Positions 23,573-35,958 of a stretch of DNA of 64,000 bases are shown piece after piece (position 1 is the stretch's first letter; each line of letters opens with the position of its first letter). Position numbers and translations under genes: made by a program. Below the pieces are notes generated by a model. That model did not search any database. It saw only the letters and a program-made list of their open reading frames with translations, and had not been told where the DNA came from. Source of the DNA: Scyliorhinus canicula (lineage: Eukaryota); assembly GCF_902713615.1 (NCBI RefSeq), contig NW_024055733.1, forward strand, positions 1,612,001 through 1,676,000. Reading direction: 5' to 3'.

Positions 23573-26290
23573 TAGAACATAGAAAATTACAGCGCAGTAT
23601 AGGCCATTCGGCCCACGATGTTGCGCTGTCCTGTGAAACCCCTCTGAAGTCCATCTACACTCTTCCCTTATCGTCCATATGCCTTTCCAATGACCATTTG
23701 ATTGATTTTAGTGTTGGCGAGTCCACTACTGTTGCAGACAGGGCATTCCACGCCCTTACTACTCTATGAGTATAGAACCTACATCTGACATCTGTCCTAT
23801 ATCTTTCTCCCCTCAATTTAAAGCTATGTCCCCTCGTGCTGGACATCACCATCCGAGGAAAAAGGCTCTCACTGTCTACCCTATCTAATCCTCTGATCAT
23901 CTTGTATCCCACAACTAAGTCACCTCTTAACCTTCTTCTCTCTAACGAAAACAGCCTCAAGTCCATCAGCCTTTCCTCATATGATCTTCCCTCTATACCC
24001 GGCAACATTCTTGTAAATCTCCTCTGTAACATTTCCAATGCTTCCACATCCTTCCTATAATGTGGCTTCCAGAACTGCACACAATACTCTAAATGCGGCC
24101 GCACCAGAGTTTTGTACAACTGCAACATGACATCATGGCTCCGAGACTCATTTCCTCTACCAATAACACACACCGTCCTCCTTCTTAACAACCCTCTCAA
24201 CCTGGGTGGCAACTTTCAGGGATCTATGGACATGGATACGGAGATCTCTCTGCTCGTCCACACTACCAAGAATCTTACCATTATCCCAGTACTCTGCCTT
24301 TCTGTTCTTCCTTCCAAAATGAATCATCCCACACTGTTCTGCATTAAACTCCATTTGCCGCCTGTCAGCCCAGCACTGCAGCTGATCTATGTCCCTCTGT
24401 AACTTGTAACATCCTTCTGCACTGTCCAAAACTCTACCGACTTTAGTGTCATCTGCAAATTCACTCACCCATCCTTCTGCGCACTTCTCTAAGTCATTTA
24501 TAAAAATGACAAACAACAACGGCCCCAAAACAGATCATTGTGGCACACCACTAGTAACTGGACACCAGTCAGAGCATTTCCCATGAACCGCCACTCTTTG
24601 TCTTCTATCAGCTAGCCAATTTCTGATACAAACTGCTAAATCACCCTGAATCCCATCCTCTGTATTTTCTGCAATAACCTACCGTGGGGAACCTTATCAA
24701 ACGCTTTACTGAAATCCATATACACCACATCAACTGCTTTACCCTCATCCACCTGTTTGGTCACCTTCTCGAAGAACTCAATGAGGTTTGTGAGGTACGA
24801 CCTACCCTTCACAAAACCATGTTGACTATCTCTAATCAAATTGTTCCTTTCCAGATGATATACATCCTACCTCTTATAAACCTTTCCAAAACTTTTCCCA
24901 CAACAGAAGTAAGGCTCACTTGTCTATAGTTACCGGGGTTATCTCTACTCCCCTTCTTGTACAAGGGGACAACATTTGCTATCCTCCAGTCCTCTGTCAC
25001 TATTCCTGTAGACAAAGATGACTTAAAGATCAAAGCCAAAGGCTTAGCAATCTCTTCCTTAGCTTCCCAGAGAATCCGAGGATAAATCCCATCCGGCCCA
25101 GGGGACTTATCTATTTTCACACTTTCCAGAATCGCTAACACCTCCTCCTTATGAACCTCAAGCCCTTCTAATCTAGTAGCCTGTATCTCAGTATTCACCT
25201 CGACAACTTTGTCTTTTTTCTGTGTTAGTACCGAAAATACTCATTTAGCACCTCTCCTATCTCCTCGGACTCTACGCACAACTTCCCACTACTGTCCTTG
25301 ACAGGCCCTACTCTTACCTTAGTCATTCTTTTATTCCTGACATACCTATAGAAAGCTTTAGGGTTATCCTTGATCCTACCTGCCAATGACTTCATCATGT
25401 CCTCGCTTGGCTCTTATTAGCTCTCTCTTTAGAGCCTTCCTAACTAATTTGTATCCCTCGAGCGGCCCAACTGAACCATCAAGTCTCATCTTCACATAAG
25501 CCTCCTTCTTCCTCTTGACAAGTGATTCAACTGCTTTAGTAACCCATGGTTCCCTCACTCGACCACTTCCTCCCTGCCTAACAGGTACATACTTATCAAG
25601 GACACGCAGTAGCTGTTCCTTGAACATGCTCCACATTTCTATTGTGTCCATCCCCTGCAGATTTCCACTCCAGGCGATGCATCCTAAGTCTTGCCTCGTC
25701 GCATCATAATTGCCTTTCCCCCAGCAATAACTCTTGCCCTGCGGTTTATACCTAACCCCTTTCATCGCTAAAGTATACGGAATCGAATTGTGGTCACTAT
25801 CACCAAAATGCTCACCTACCTCCAAATCAAACACCTGTCCTGGTTCATAACCCAGTACCAAATCCAATATGGCCTCGCCTCTTGTTGGCCTATCTACATA
25901 CTGCATCAGGAAACCCTCCTGCACACATTGGACAAAAGCGGATCCATCTAAAGTACTGGAACTATAGTGTTTTCAGTCAATATTTGGAAAGTTAAAGCCC
26001 CCATAACAACTACCCTGCTACTTTTGCTCCTATCCAGAATCGTCTTTGCAATCCTTTCCTCTACATCTCTGGAACTTTTCGGAGGCCTATAGAAAAGCCC
26101 TAACAGGGTAACCTCTCCTTTCCTGTTTCTTAACTCAGCCCATCCTACCTCAGTATTGAGTCCTCATCAAATGTCCTCTCAGCCGCCGTAATACTGTCCT
26201 TGACTAACAATGGCACCCCTCCCCCTCTCTTACCACCTTCCCTGAAATTACTGAAATATCTAAACCCCGGCACCTGCAACAACCATTCCT
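23573..26290 (-). mobile_element. 5'-truncated CR1 (HER1-like) LINE, frameshifted endonuclease/RT ORF2
   Basis: PTRGEAILDLVL..HFGDSDHN (EN), KSPGPDGIYPRIL, SQHGFVKGRS, VDVVYMDFSKAFDKVPH, GPLLFVIFINDL..FADDTK (RT), LYKTLVRPHLEYCVQFW; 3' tail shared with HE1. Confidence 0.95.
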
Positions 26291-26291
26291 A

Positions 26292-29200
26292 ATTACACAT
26301 GCCAGTCAGCCTGTTCCACACATGGATGCCTGTTCATCCTCAGCATGTTACACATCCCAGTCAGCCTCTTCCACACATTGATCCCTGCTCATCCTGACAA
26401 TGTTACACATGACAGTCAGCCTGTGACACACATTGATCCCTGTTCACTCCAGTCAGCCTGTTCCACACATTGATCCCTGTTCATTCCAGTCAGCCAGCTC
26501 CACACATTGATCCCTGTTCATCCTGAACATGTTACACATCCCAGTCAGCCTGTTCCACACATTAATCCCTGTTCATCCCAGTCAGCCTGTTCCACACATT
26601 GATCTCTGATCATCCTCAGCATGTTACACATCCCAGTCAGCCTGTTCCACACATTAATCCCTGTTCATCCCAGTCAGCCTGTTCCACACATTGATCCCTG
26701 TTCATCCTGAACATGTTACACATCCCAGTCAGCCTGTTCCACACATTGATCCCTGTTCATCCTGAACATGTTACACATCCCAGTCAGCCTGTTCCACACA
26801 TTGATCCCTGTTCATCCCAGTCAGCCAGTTCCACACATTGATCCCTGATCATCATGACCATGTTACACATCACAGTCAGCCTGTTCAACACATTGATCCC
26901 TGTTCGTCCTGACCGTGTTACACATCACAGTCAGCCTGTTCCACACATTGATCCCTGTTCATCCCAGTCAGCCAGTTCCACACATTGATCCCTGATCATC
27001 AATACCATGTTACACATCACAGTCAGCCTGTTCCACACATTGATCCCTGTTCATCCCAGTCAGCCTGTTCCACACATTGATCCCTGTTCATCCCAGTCAG
27101 CCAGTTCCACACATTGATCCCTGATCATCATGACCATGTTACACATCACAGTCAGCCTGTTCAACACATTGATCCCTGTTCGTCCTGACCGTGTTACACA
27201 TCCCAGTCAGCCTGTTCCACACATTGATCCCTGTTCATCCCAGTCAGCCAGTTCCACACATTGATCCCTGATCATCAATACCATGTTACACATCACAGTC
27301 AGCCTGTTCCACACATTGATCCCTGTTCATCCCAGTCAGCCTGTTCCACACATTGATCCCTGTTCATCCTGACCATGTTACACATCCCAGTCAGCCTCTT
27401 CCACACATTGGCCCCTGATCATCCTGACCATGTTACACATCACAGTCAGCCTGTTCCACACATTGATCCTTGTTCATTCTCATCATGGGGCTGTGGGCGT
27501 TGTCTAGGTGCCGTGGGCGTGGTCATGGGTTTGTGGGCGTGGTTTAGGAGTTATGGGTGTGGTCTACAGGCGGTGGGCGTGGTCTATGTGTTGTGGGCGT
27601 GGTCTCAGCAGATGGGGCGTGGTTTCAGCAGACGGGGCGTGGTCTAGTAGTCTGAGTGAGTGAGTTGAGTTGAGTTGAGTTGAGTTAAGTTAAGTTAAGT
27701 TAAGTTGAGGTGGGTGCGTGAGTGTGAAAACAAATGTGCAATATGAAGCTGAGCATCCCTAGTTGCCACATTCTGCTCAGCTTCATATTGCAGATTTCTT
27801 TGTACACTCACTGTTTAATACATTGATCTCTGTTCATTCTGACCATGTTACACATCCCAGTCAACCTGTTCCACACATTGATCCCTGTTCATCCTCAGCC
27901 TGTTACACATCCCAGTCAGCCTGTTCCACACATTGATCCCTATTCATCCTCAGCATGTTACTCCCTGCTCATCCTGACCATGTTACACATGACAATAAGC
28001 CTGTTCCACACATTGATCCCTGTCCATTCCAGTCAGCCTGTTCCACACATTGATCCTTCTTCATCCTCAGCATGTTACACATCCCAGTCAGCGTCTTCCA
28101 CACATTGATCCCTGTTCATCCCAGTCAGCCGGTTCCACAGATTGATCTCTGATCATCCTCAGCATGTTACACATCCCAGTCAGCCTGTTCCACACATTTA
28201 TCCCTGTTCATCCTCATGATGTTACACATCCCAATCAGCCTCTTCCACACATTGATCTCTGCTCATCCTGACCATGGTACACGTCCCAGTCAGCCTGTAC
28301 CACACATTGATCCCTGTTCATTCCAGTCAGCCTGTTCCACATATTGATCCCTGTTCATCCTCATCATGTTACACATCCCAGTCTGTCTGTTCCACACATT
28401 GATCCCTGATCATCCTGACCATGTTACACATCACAGTCAGCCTGTTCCACACTTTGATCCCTGTTCATCCTGACCATGTTACACATCACAATCAGCCTGT
28501 TCCACACATCGATCCCTGTTCATTCTCATCATGGGGCTGTGAGCGTGGTCTAGTGGCTGTGGGAGTGGTCATGGGGTTATGAGCGTGGTTGTGGAGCTGT
28601 GGGTGTGGTCTACGGTCTGTGGGCGTGGTATATGTGTTGTGGGTGTTGTCTATGGGTTGTGGGCGTAGTCTGTCTTGTGGACGTGGTCAATCGGCTGTGG
28701 GCGTGGTCTAGGAGCTGTGGGCAAGGTCTAGCCTCTGTGGGGGTGGTCTACGCATTTGGGCGTGGTCTACGGGTTGGACGCGTGGTCGAAGGCTTGTCGG
28801 CGTCATCTAGGTGTTGCGGGCGTGGTCAATGGGCTGTGGGCGTGGTCCAGGGGCTGTGGGAGTGGTCTTGGTGTTGTGGGCGTGGTTTTCGAGATTTGGG
28901 CGTGGTCTAATTATTGTGGCGTGGTCTAGGGGCTGTGGGCGTGGTCATGGGGTTGTGGGCTTGGTCTCGTGGTTATGGGCGTGATCAAGGTGCTGTGGGC
29001 GTGGTCTAGGGGCTGTGGGAGTGGTCTTGGTGTTGTGGGCGTGGTTTTCGAGATTTGGGCGTTGTCTAATAGTTGTGGCGTGGTCTAGGGGCTGTGGGCG
29101 TGGTCATCGGGTTGTGGGCGTGGTCTGGGAATTGTGTGCGTGGTCTAGTGGTTGTGGGCGTAGTCACGGGGTTGTGGACATGGCTTATTGGCTATGGGCG

Positions 29201-30580
29201 TGGTCATGGGTTTGTGGGCCGAGTCTAAGGGCTGTGGGCGTGTTTTGGGGGATGTGGGCGTGGTCATGGGGTTGTGGGCGTGTTTTAGGAGTTGTGGGCG
29301 TGGTCTACTAGTTTTGGGCGTTGTCTACTAGTTGTGGGCCTGGTCTCTGGGTTTTGGTCGTGGTCTAGGGGCTATTGGCGTGGTCCATGGGTTGTGGGCG
29401 TCGTCTGGGTGTTGTGGGCGTTGTCATGAGATTGTGGGCGTGGTCTAGGGGCTATGGGCGTGGTCTTTGGGATGTGGGCGCGGTCATGGTGTTGGGGGCG
29501 TGGTTTAGTAGCTGTGGGCGTGGTCTACTAGTTTTGGGCGTGGTCTACTAGTCGTGGGCGTGGTCTGAGTTTTTGGGCGTGGTCTAGGGGTTGTGGGCGT
29601 GGTCTAGGTGCGGTGGGCGTTGTCTACGGGCTGTGGGGGTGGTCTAGGGGTTGTGGGCGCGGTCTAGGTGTTGTGGGCGTGGTCATGGGGTTATGGGCGT
29701 GGTTTATGATTTGTGGGCGTGGTCTACAGGCAGTGGGCGTGGTCTAGATGTTGTGGGCGTGGTATCAGACGATGGGGCGTGGTTTCAGCAGACGGGACGT
29801 GGTCTTGCAATCTGAGTGAGTGAGTGACTGAGTTGAGTAGAGTTGAGTTAAGTTCAGTTAAGTTGAGGTGGGTGAGTGAGTGTAAAAACAAATGTGCAAT
29901 ATGAAGCTGAGCATCCCTAGTTGCCACATTCTGCTCATCTTCATATTGCAGACTTCTTTATACACTCACTGTTTAATGCATTGATCTCTGTTCATCCTGA
30001 CCATGTTACACATCCCAGTCAGCCTGTTCCACACATTGATCACTGTTCATCCCAGTCAGCCTGTTCCACACATTGATTCCTGTTCATCCTCAGCATGTTA
30101 CACATCCCAGCCAGTCTGTTCCAGACATTGATCCCTGTTTATCCTGAGCCATGCTACACATCCCAGTAAGCCTCTTCCACACATTGATCCCTGATCATCC
30201 TGACCATGTTACACATCACAGTCAGCTTGTTCCACACATTGATTCCTGTTCATCCTCAGCATGTTACACATCCCAGTCAGCCTGTTCCACACATTGACCT
30301 CTGCTCATCCTGACCATGATACACATCCCAGTCTGCCTGTCCCACACATTGATCCATGTTCATTCCAGTCAGCCTGTTCCACATATTGATCCCTGTTCAT
30401 CCTCAGCATGTTACACATCCCAGTCTGTCTGTTCCACACATTGATCCCTGATCATCCTGACCATGTTACACATCCCAGTCAGTCTGTTCCACACATTGAT
30501 CCCTGATCATCCTGACCATGTTACACATCACAATCAGCCTGTTCCACACATCGATCCCTGTTCGTTCTCATCATGGGGCT
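26292..30580. repeat. Tandem multimer of the composite unit: 55/37-bp minisatellite, ctcatcatggggctgt linker, 20-bp GC-box array, (GAGT)n(GAGTT)n, hairpin
   Basis: Minisatellite 26292-27480, 27820-28525, 29980-30565; GC-box arrays 27485-27650, 28530-29810; hairpins ~27718-27811 and ~29876-29969. Confidence 0.9.
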
Positions 30581-32497
30581 GTTAAGATAAGGTGGGTGAG
30601 TGAGTGTAAACTGTGAACAGTGCCCGAGAGTAAAGAATGTTTATGTAATCCGTACACTGCTGCAAACAATGTATATCAGAACAGTGCCCTGCAGTAAACA
30701 GTGTCAATGAAACGTCCCGCAACTGTAAACTAGTCTATGTAAACAGGACCCTGCAGTAAACAGTGTCAACGTAAACCGTGCTCTGCTGCAAACTGTGAAC
30801 AGTGCCCGAAAGTAAAGAATGTTCATGTAAACCGAACACTGCTGTACACAGAGACTACGTAAACAGCGACCTTCATTAAACAGTTTTACATCAACCGTTA
30901 TCTACTTTAAACAGAGTCTATATAAAAGTTTCCCACAGTAAACACCATTGAAACAGTGCACTACAGTAAACAGTCCTTGTAAACACGGCACTACAGAAAA
31001 GAGTGCTACTTAAAACCGTGCACTACAGCAAACAGAGGATAGGTAAATAGAGCCCTACAGTAAACAGCAAGTCTGTCAACAGTATGTCAACTGTACACGA
31101 CTGTGAATAGTCTATTTCAACGGTGACCTACTGTAAACAGAGCATATGTAGAATGTACACGGCTGTAAATAGTCTATGTAAACAGTTCCTTACAGTAAAT
31201 GTAGTGAAAGTAAACCATATACTACTGTAAACAGTCTATGTAAGTGTCCTACAGTAAATAAAATTTTAGCTGTGCCCAATAGTGAACAGATACTATGTAA
31301 ACCGTGCCCGACAGTAAGCAGAGTGAAAGTGTACATAAACATAATCGATTTAAAAAGTGCCTCACAGTAAACAGTTATTATGTAAACTGTACATTGCTAC
31401 AAACAGAGGCATTGTAAAAAAGTGTGCTACTGTAAACAATGTTTATGTAAACCGTGCACTACTGTAAATCATCTGGGTAAAGGTGCTCTGCAGTAAACAT
31501 AGTTTATTGAAACGGTGCCCGAAATTAAACAGTATATTTAAACCGGAAATTGCTGTAAACAGTCGATGTAAACAGTGCCGTACAGGAAACAGTACTCATG
31601 TAAACTGTACGCTACTGTCAACAGAGTTTGTTTAAATAGTGCCCGACAGTAAATAGTGTTAATTTCAACATTATACTGCTGGAAGTAGTCCATGTAAACA
31701 GTGTCCGACAGTAATCAGTGTGATTGCAAACCGTAAACGCTGTACATCGTGTATATAAACAGTTCCCGACAGTAAACAGTGTTTCTGTAAACAGTACACC
31801 GCTGTATACAGTCTACGTAAACTGTGCCCTAAAGTAAATGGTGCTAATGAAAACCGTACACTGCTCTAAACAGAGTCGATGTACAGATAGCACGAAATAA
31901 AACTAGTTTTATGTAAAGGGTCTGCTGATGTAAACAGTGCCCTATTGTAAACAGTGTTTATGCAAACCTTACACTTTGTAAACCGTATATGTAAATCGCG
32001 TCCTCAAGTAAACTGTGTTATGTAAATCCTGCACTACTGTAAACGGAGTCTGTATATATGTAGCACTATAGTAAACTGTACTTATGTAAATTGCACACTG
32101 CTATAAACAGAGAATATGTAAACTGTGCCCTTCGGTAAACAGTGTTTATGTAAACCATACATGCTGTAACCAGTCTATGTAAACAGTGCCACTCAGTAAA
32201 CAGACGCAAAGTAAAACGTACACTATAGTAAACAGAGTATATGTAAAAAATGCCCGACAGCAAACAGTATTTACACAGTGCCCTATAGTAAACAGAATCT
32301 ATGTAAACAACGCCCTGCAGTCAACAATGTTTATTTAAACCGCACCCTGGTGGAAACAGAGTTGATGTTAGCAGTGCCCGACAGTAAATTGAGTGAAAGT
32401 GAGCGTACTCTCCTGAAAACACTGTCTATGGAAACAGTGCCCTACAGTAAACCATGTTAATGAAAATCGTACCCTACTGTAAACAGAGTCCATGTAT

Positions 32498-33430
32498 TGT
32501 AGCCACCTAAAATGGATGCTGAGCTACAAAAATAGGCCAAGCGCTAAGACTGCTGGGAAACAGACAGTTTAGCCAGAACAGCAGTCTGCAAAGAGCATTT
32601 TGCATTCTGCAGCAGCAGAAACCAGTTTGGGCTCAGGTGAGAAGACCTTAGCTAGGTGCAAATGGCAAAACGCTTTGCATGCTAATGAGGCAATCAGACC
32701 TGAACACCCACACAATAGATACATTTGATTCTGAATGGACACATTTTAATCAAGGCCCAGACATCGAGGCACCAGAAACCTCCAATCAAAAGGGCATAAG
32801 AAACGCCCCCCCCCCCCATCACGGAGACCCCCTCGCATTGGGGAATTAAAACAGTATCGATGAGGAATTGACCCAATAGGTAGAGCCCGCCCAAGAAGAG
32901 GGAAGGGCAATGGAACCCCTATAAAAGATAGGGACCTCGTGTTGTCCGGTCTGCTTTTCCGTGCTCCGGCTCTGACCACGACCTTGAAGATCCACTCTGA
33001 CTCCAGCCGTTGAGCACCAGCCGCCGAACCGTAAGTGCCAGTACGACGCTCGCTACGCGAAATAAGCCCGCTAGAACCCCCAGTGACCAGAACGCTTGCT
33101 GAAGGTTGCAGCCCAAGACCAGGACGAAGGCCTCGCTCCCTGACCTTGCCTGTTCCTGTTAGATAAGTATTCTGATTACTTTAGTTTAGTCATAGCTTAG
33201 TCTCTTAGTGTGTACATGAATATTTATTATTACTGTATAATAAATATTGTCGTTTGGACCTTACTAATCGGTGTATCGTCTTTATTACTTTGAACTTGAC
33301 CTTGGAATACTAGTGACGTTGTCTATACGGCAACTGGCGACTCCTAAAGCTGAATAAATACATAAGACAGAGCCTAGTGGTGTTAAGCACTTGGAAGTTA
33401 ATACACCCCAATAAACGCGTTTTACGCCCA
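32498..33430 (+). mobile_element. Solo LTR (unrelated to the 1.3-kb LTR family); 3' end approximate
   Basis: Starts TGTAGCC abruptly inside the satellite; TATAAAA at ~32920; AATAAA at ~33239, 33354, 33410; no clear TSD. Confidence 0.7.
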
Positions 33431-34302
33431 TAGTATATAGTATATAGTACGGGTTTTTCCACAGTAACTTCATTTGAAGCCCACTTGTGACAATAAGCGA
33501 TTTGGTGATAGTTTTGAAATAAACAGTCTTTGTCTAAACGATACACTGCTGTAAACAACGTTAATGTAAACAGTGACCCACAGTAAGCAGTCTTTTTGTA
33601 ATCGTTACAGTGCTATAAACAAAGTCAATGTAAACAGTGGTCTGCAGTAAACAACCTTTTTGTAAACGGTACACTGCTGCAAACACGGTCTATGTAAACG
33701 GTGCCCGGCCGTAAACAGTGTTAATGGTAACCATACACTGTTGTACGTAGCTGATGAAAACAGTGCTTTACATTAAAAATTGTCTCTTTAAACAGTGCCC
33801 TACAGTAAACAGTATATTTAAACCGGATATTGCTGTAAACAGAGTCTCTGTAAGCAGTGCCGGCGATTAAACAGTCTTTATGTAAACCGTATTCTGCTTT
33901 AAATAGTCTATGTAAATAGTTCCTGACCGTAAACAGTGTTGAGAAAACCGTACAATACTGTACACAGTGCTCTACAGTAAACCGAGTAAATGTAAATCAT
34001 ACACCACTGTAAATAGAGCCTAGGTAAATATATCACGACAGCTAACAGTGACTTTTTTAAACGGTACACTGCTGGAAACAGTCTATGTAAACAGTGCCCT
34101 ACAGAAAACAGCCTATGAAAACAGTGCCCCGCTGTAAATAGAGTTAATGTAACCAGTACAATGTGTGAACAGTCTATGAAAGCAGTGTCTATTAGAAACA
34201 TAATCTATTTAAACAGTGCCCTGCAGTTAACAATATTTAAATCGGACGTTGCTGTAAACAGAGTCTATGCAAACAGTTTCCCATACAAAACAGTATTTAA
34301 AC

Positions 34303-35958
34303 CGTTTAAAAATTCAACAAGACGTCCTGTATTCAATGTCCTGACCATTTGTCTGTATCACAGTAATGATGGGCACAGGCACAATAATGATTGAGCAAAT
34401 ATCGTCCTTCAGTGTTGCGAAATTCCAATTAAACTTCATGTTTGCAGTGGTTCCACAAAGAAACAAAGTCGCAGAATGTGTTTGACTGGAAAATGATGGA
34501 GAAGATTATTCTGCTCTGGAGAACTGCAGCAAATTAAATCTTCACCCGATACCAAGAGAAAGAAAAAAAACAGAACGAAGGAGAGAAAGGGGGAGAGAGC
34601 GTTTGAAGCCAGGTTAGATTGCATACGACTCCCTTCCACTTTACTGCATCAAGCACATTGTTTCTGTGTTCCACGAGTCCTGTTGTCAGAAAAACCTTAG
34701 ATACAGATGATGCACTCCACCGGAAGAATTGAGAACAGTTCATAATAACCTTAAAAAGAGGTTATTAGTATTTTCTTTAATGTTTACTTTACGTCTCTTA
34801 CCAAACTGGAACAGTGTATAAGTTACTGAGTGGTAAGTAAATAAAAGTCTTCTGCGAAGATAGGGGTTATACCGGGGATAACTTGAAGTATTAGTTTAAC
34901 CTGAATAGCATCCGCCTAAGTCTGCGTAGGAGTCGGGGAGTGAGAATCCCTGCTCACCATTTAGAATAAATCGGCCCTTTTTGGTACGGGGGGAATTCTA
35001 ATAATAGTTGTGAGGCAAAAACTACACACCCAACAACTTAAAAGTGCGTGAAGTAGCGACGGAGGACATTCATTCCTTTTGACCTCAGCGGCAATATGGA
35101 TTCGCAGATCATTCAATCGCACTCGACCGCCCATTCACCAGAGGGATGCATGTCATTCCTATCACTCCTACCATTCCCTTTTGAAACCACACTTGTATCT
35201 GCCTGCACCGAACTCCCAGGTCGCGCAGACCAGATCAGAACGACTCGCTGTGGGAATCGGTTAGCAATTTATGATGGGATACGTTGGGGCTGGCTTAATG
35301 GAAATAAAAGATGACGATGTGAGATCCGTTCAACACGTGTAAAATTATGTTATGTCTGGATAATGTGGCTATAAATGAACTGTGTCTATGAATATAGAAA
35401 TAAATCTTGGATGTAACTTAGAAATCTTATGTTGCAGCCATATCGATCAGCAAGTAATGTGATAACTGGAACTGATAACAAAAAACAACATGGAGACACT
35501 GCACGGCCACTGACTCCTCCTCCACCATTCAATTTGATCATATCTGAGCTTCTGCCTGAATGTAATTTGTTGCCTGTTCCTCAGATCCTTTCATTCCCTT
35601 AAAGATCTTTGTCCATAAAAATAATGGATGGAGACACCCACAGCAACAGTTCAAACCGATTTGGCCAAACCAAGGGTGTGCTCGAATCTGCTGCATTCCA
35701 GATATTAGTAAGGTCATACGTGGAATACGATGTACAATCCTGGCTACCCTTTTATAGAAACTACTTTATCAAACCAGAAAAAGGGCAGAAACGGTTTACA
35801 AGGTTGTTGTTGGTACTGAGTGGCTTGAGTTGTAAGGGAAATCTGGATAGAATGGGACTTTCCCCCCGAGGATCTTTGGAGGTTTAGGGGTGACTTAATA
35901 GAGGTCTATACAATAAAGAAGGGCATTGATTAGGTCGATAGCTCGAAAGGTAGGGGAT
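34303..35958. other. Rearranged duplicate of 43596-46223 (A-inverted, B-inverted, C-direct)
   Basis: 34303-34748 = rc(43596-44041); 34743-35702 = rc(45264-46223); 35701-35958 = 44041-44298; near-identical. Confidence 0.92.
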
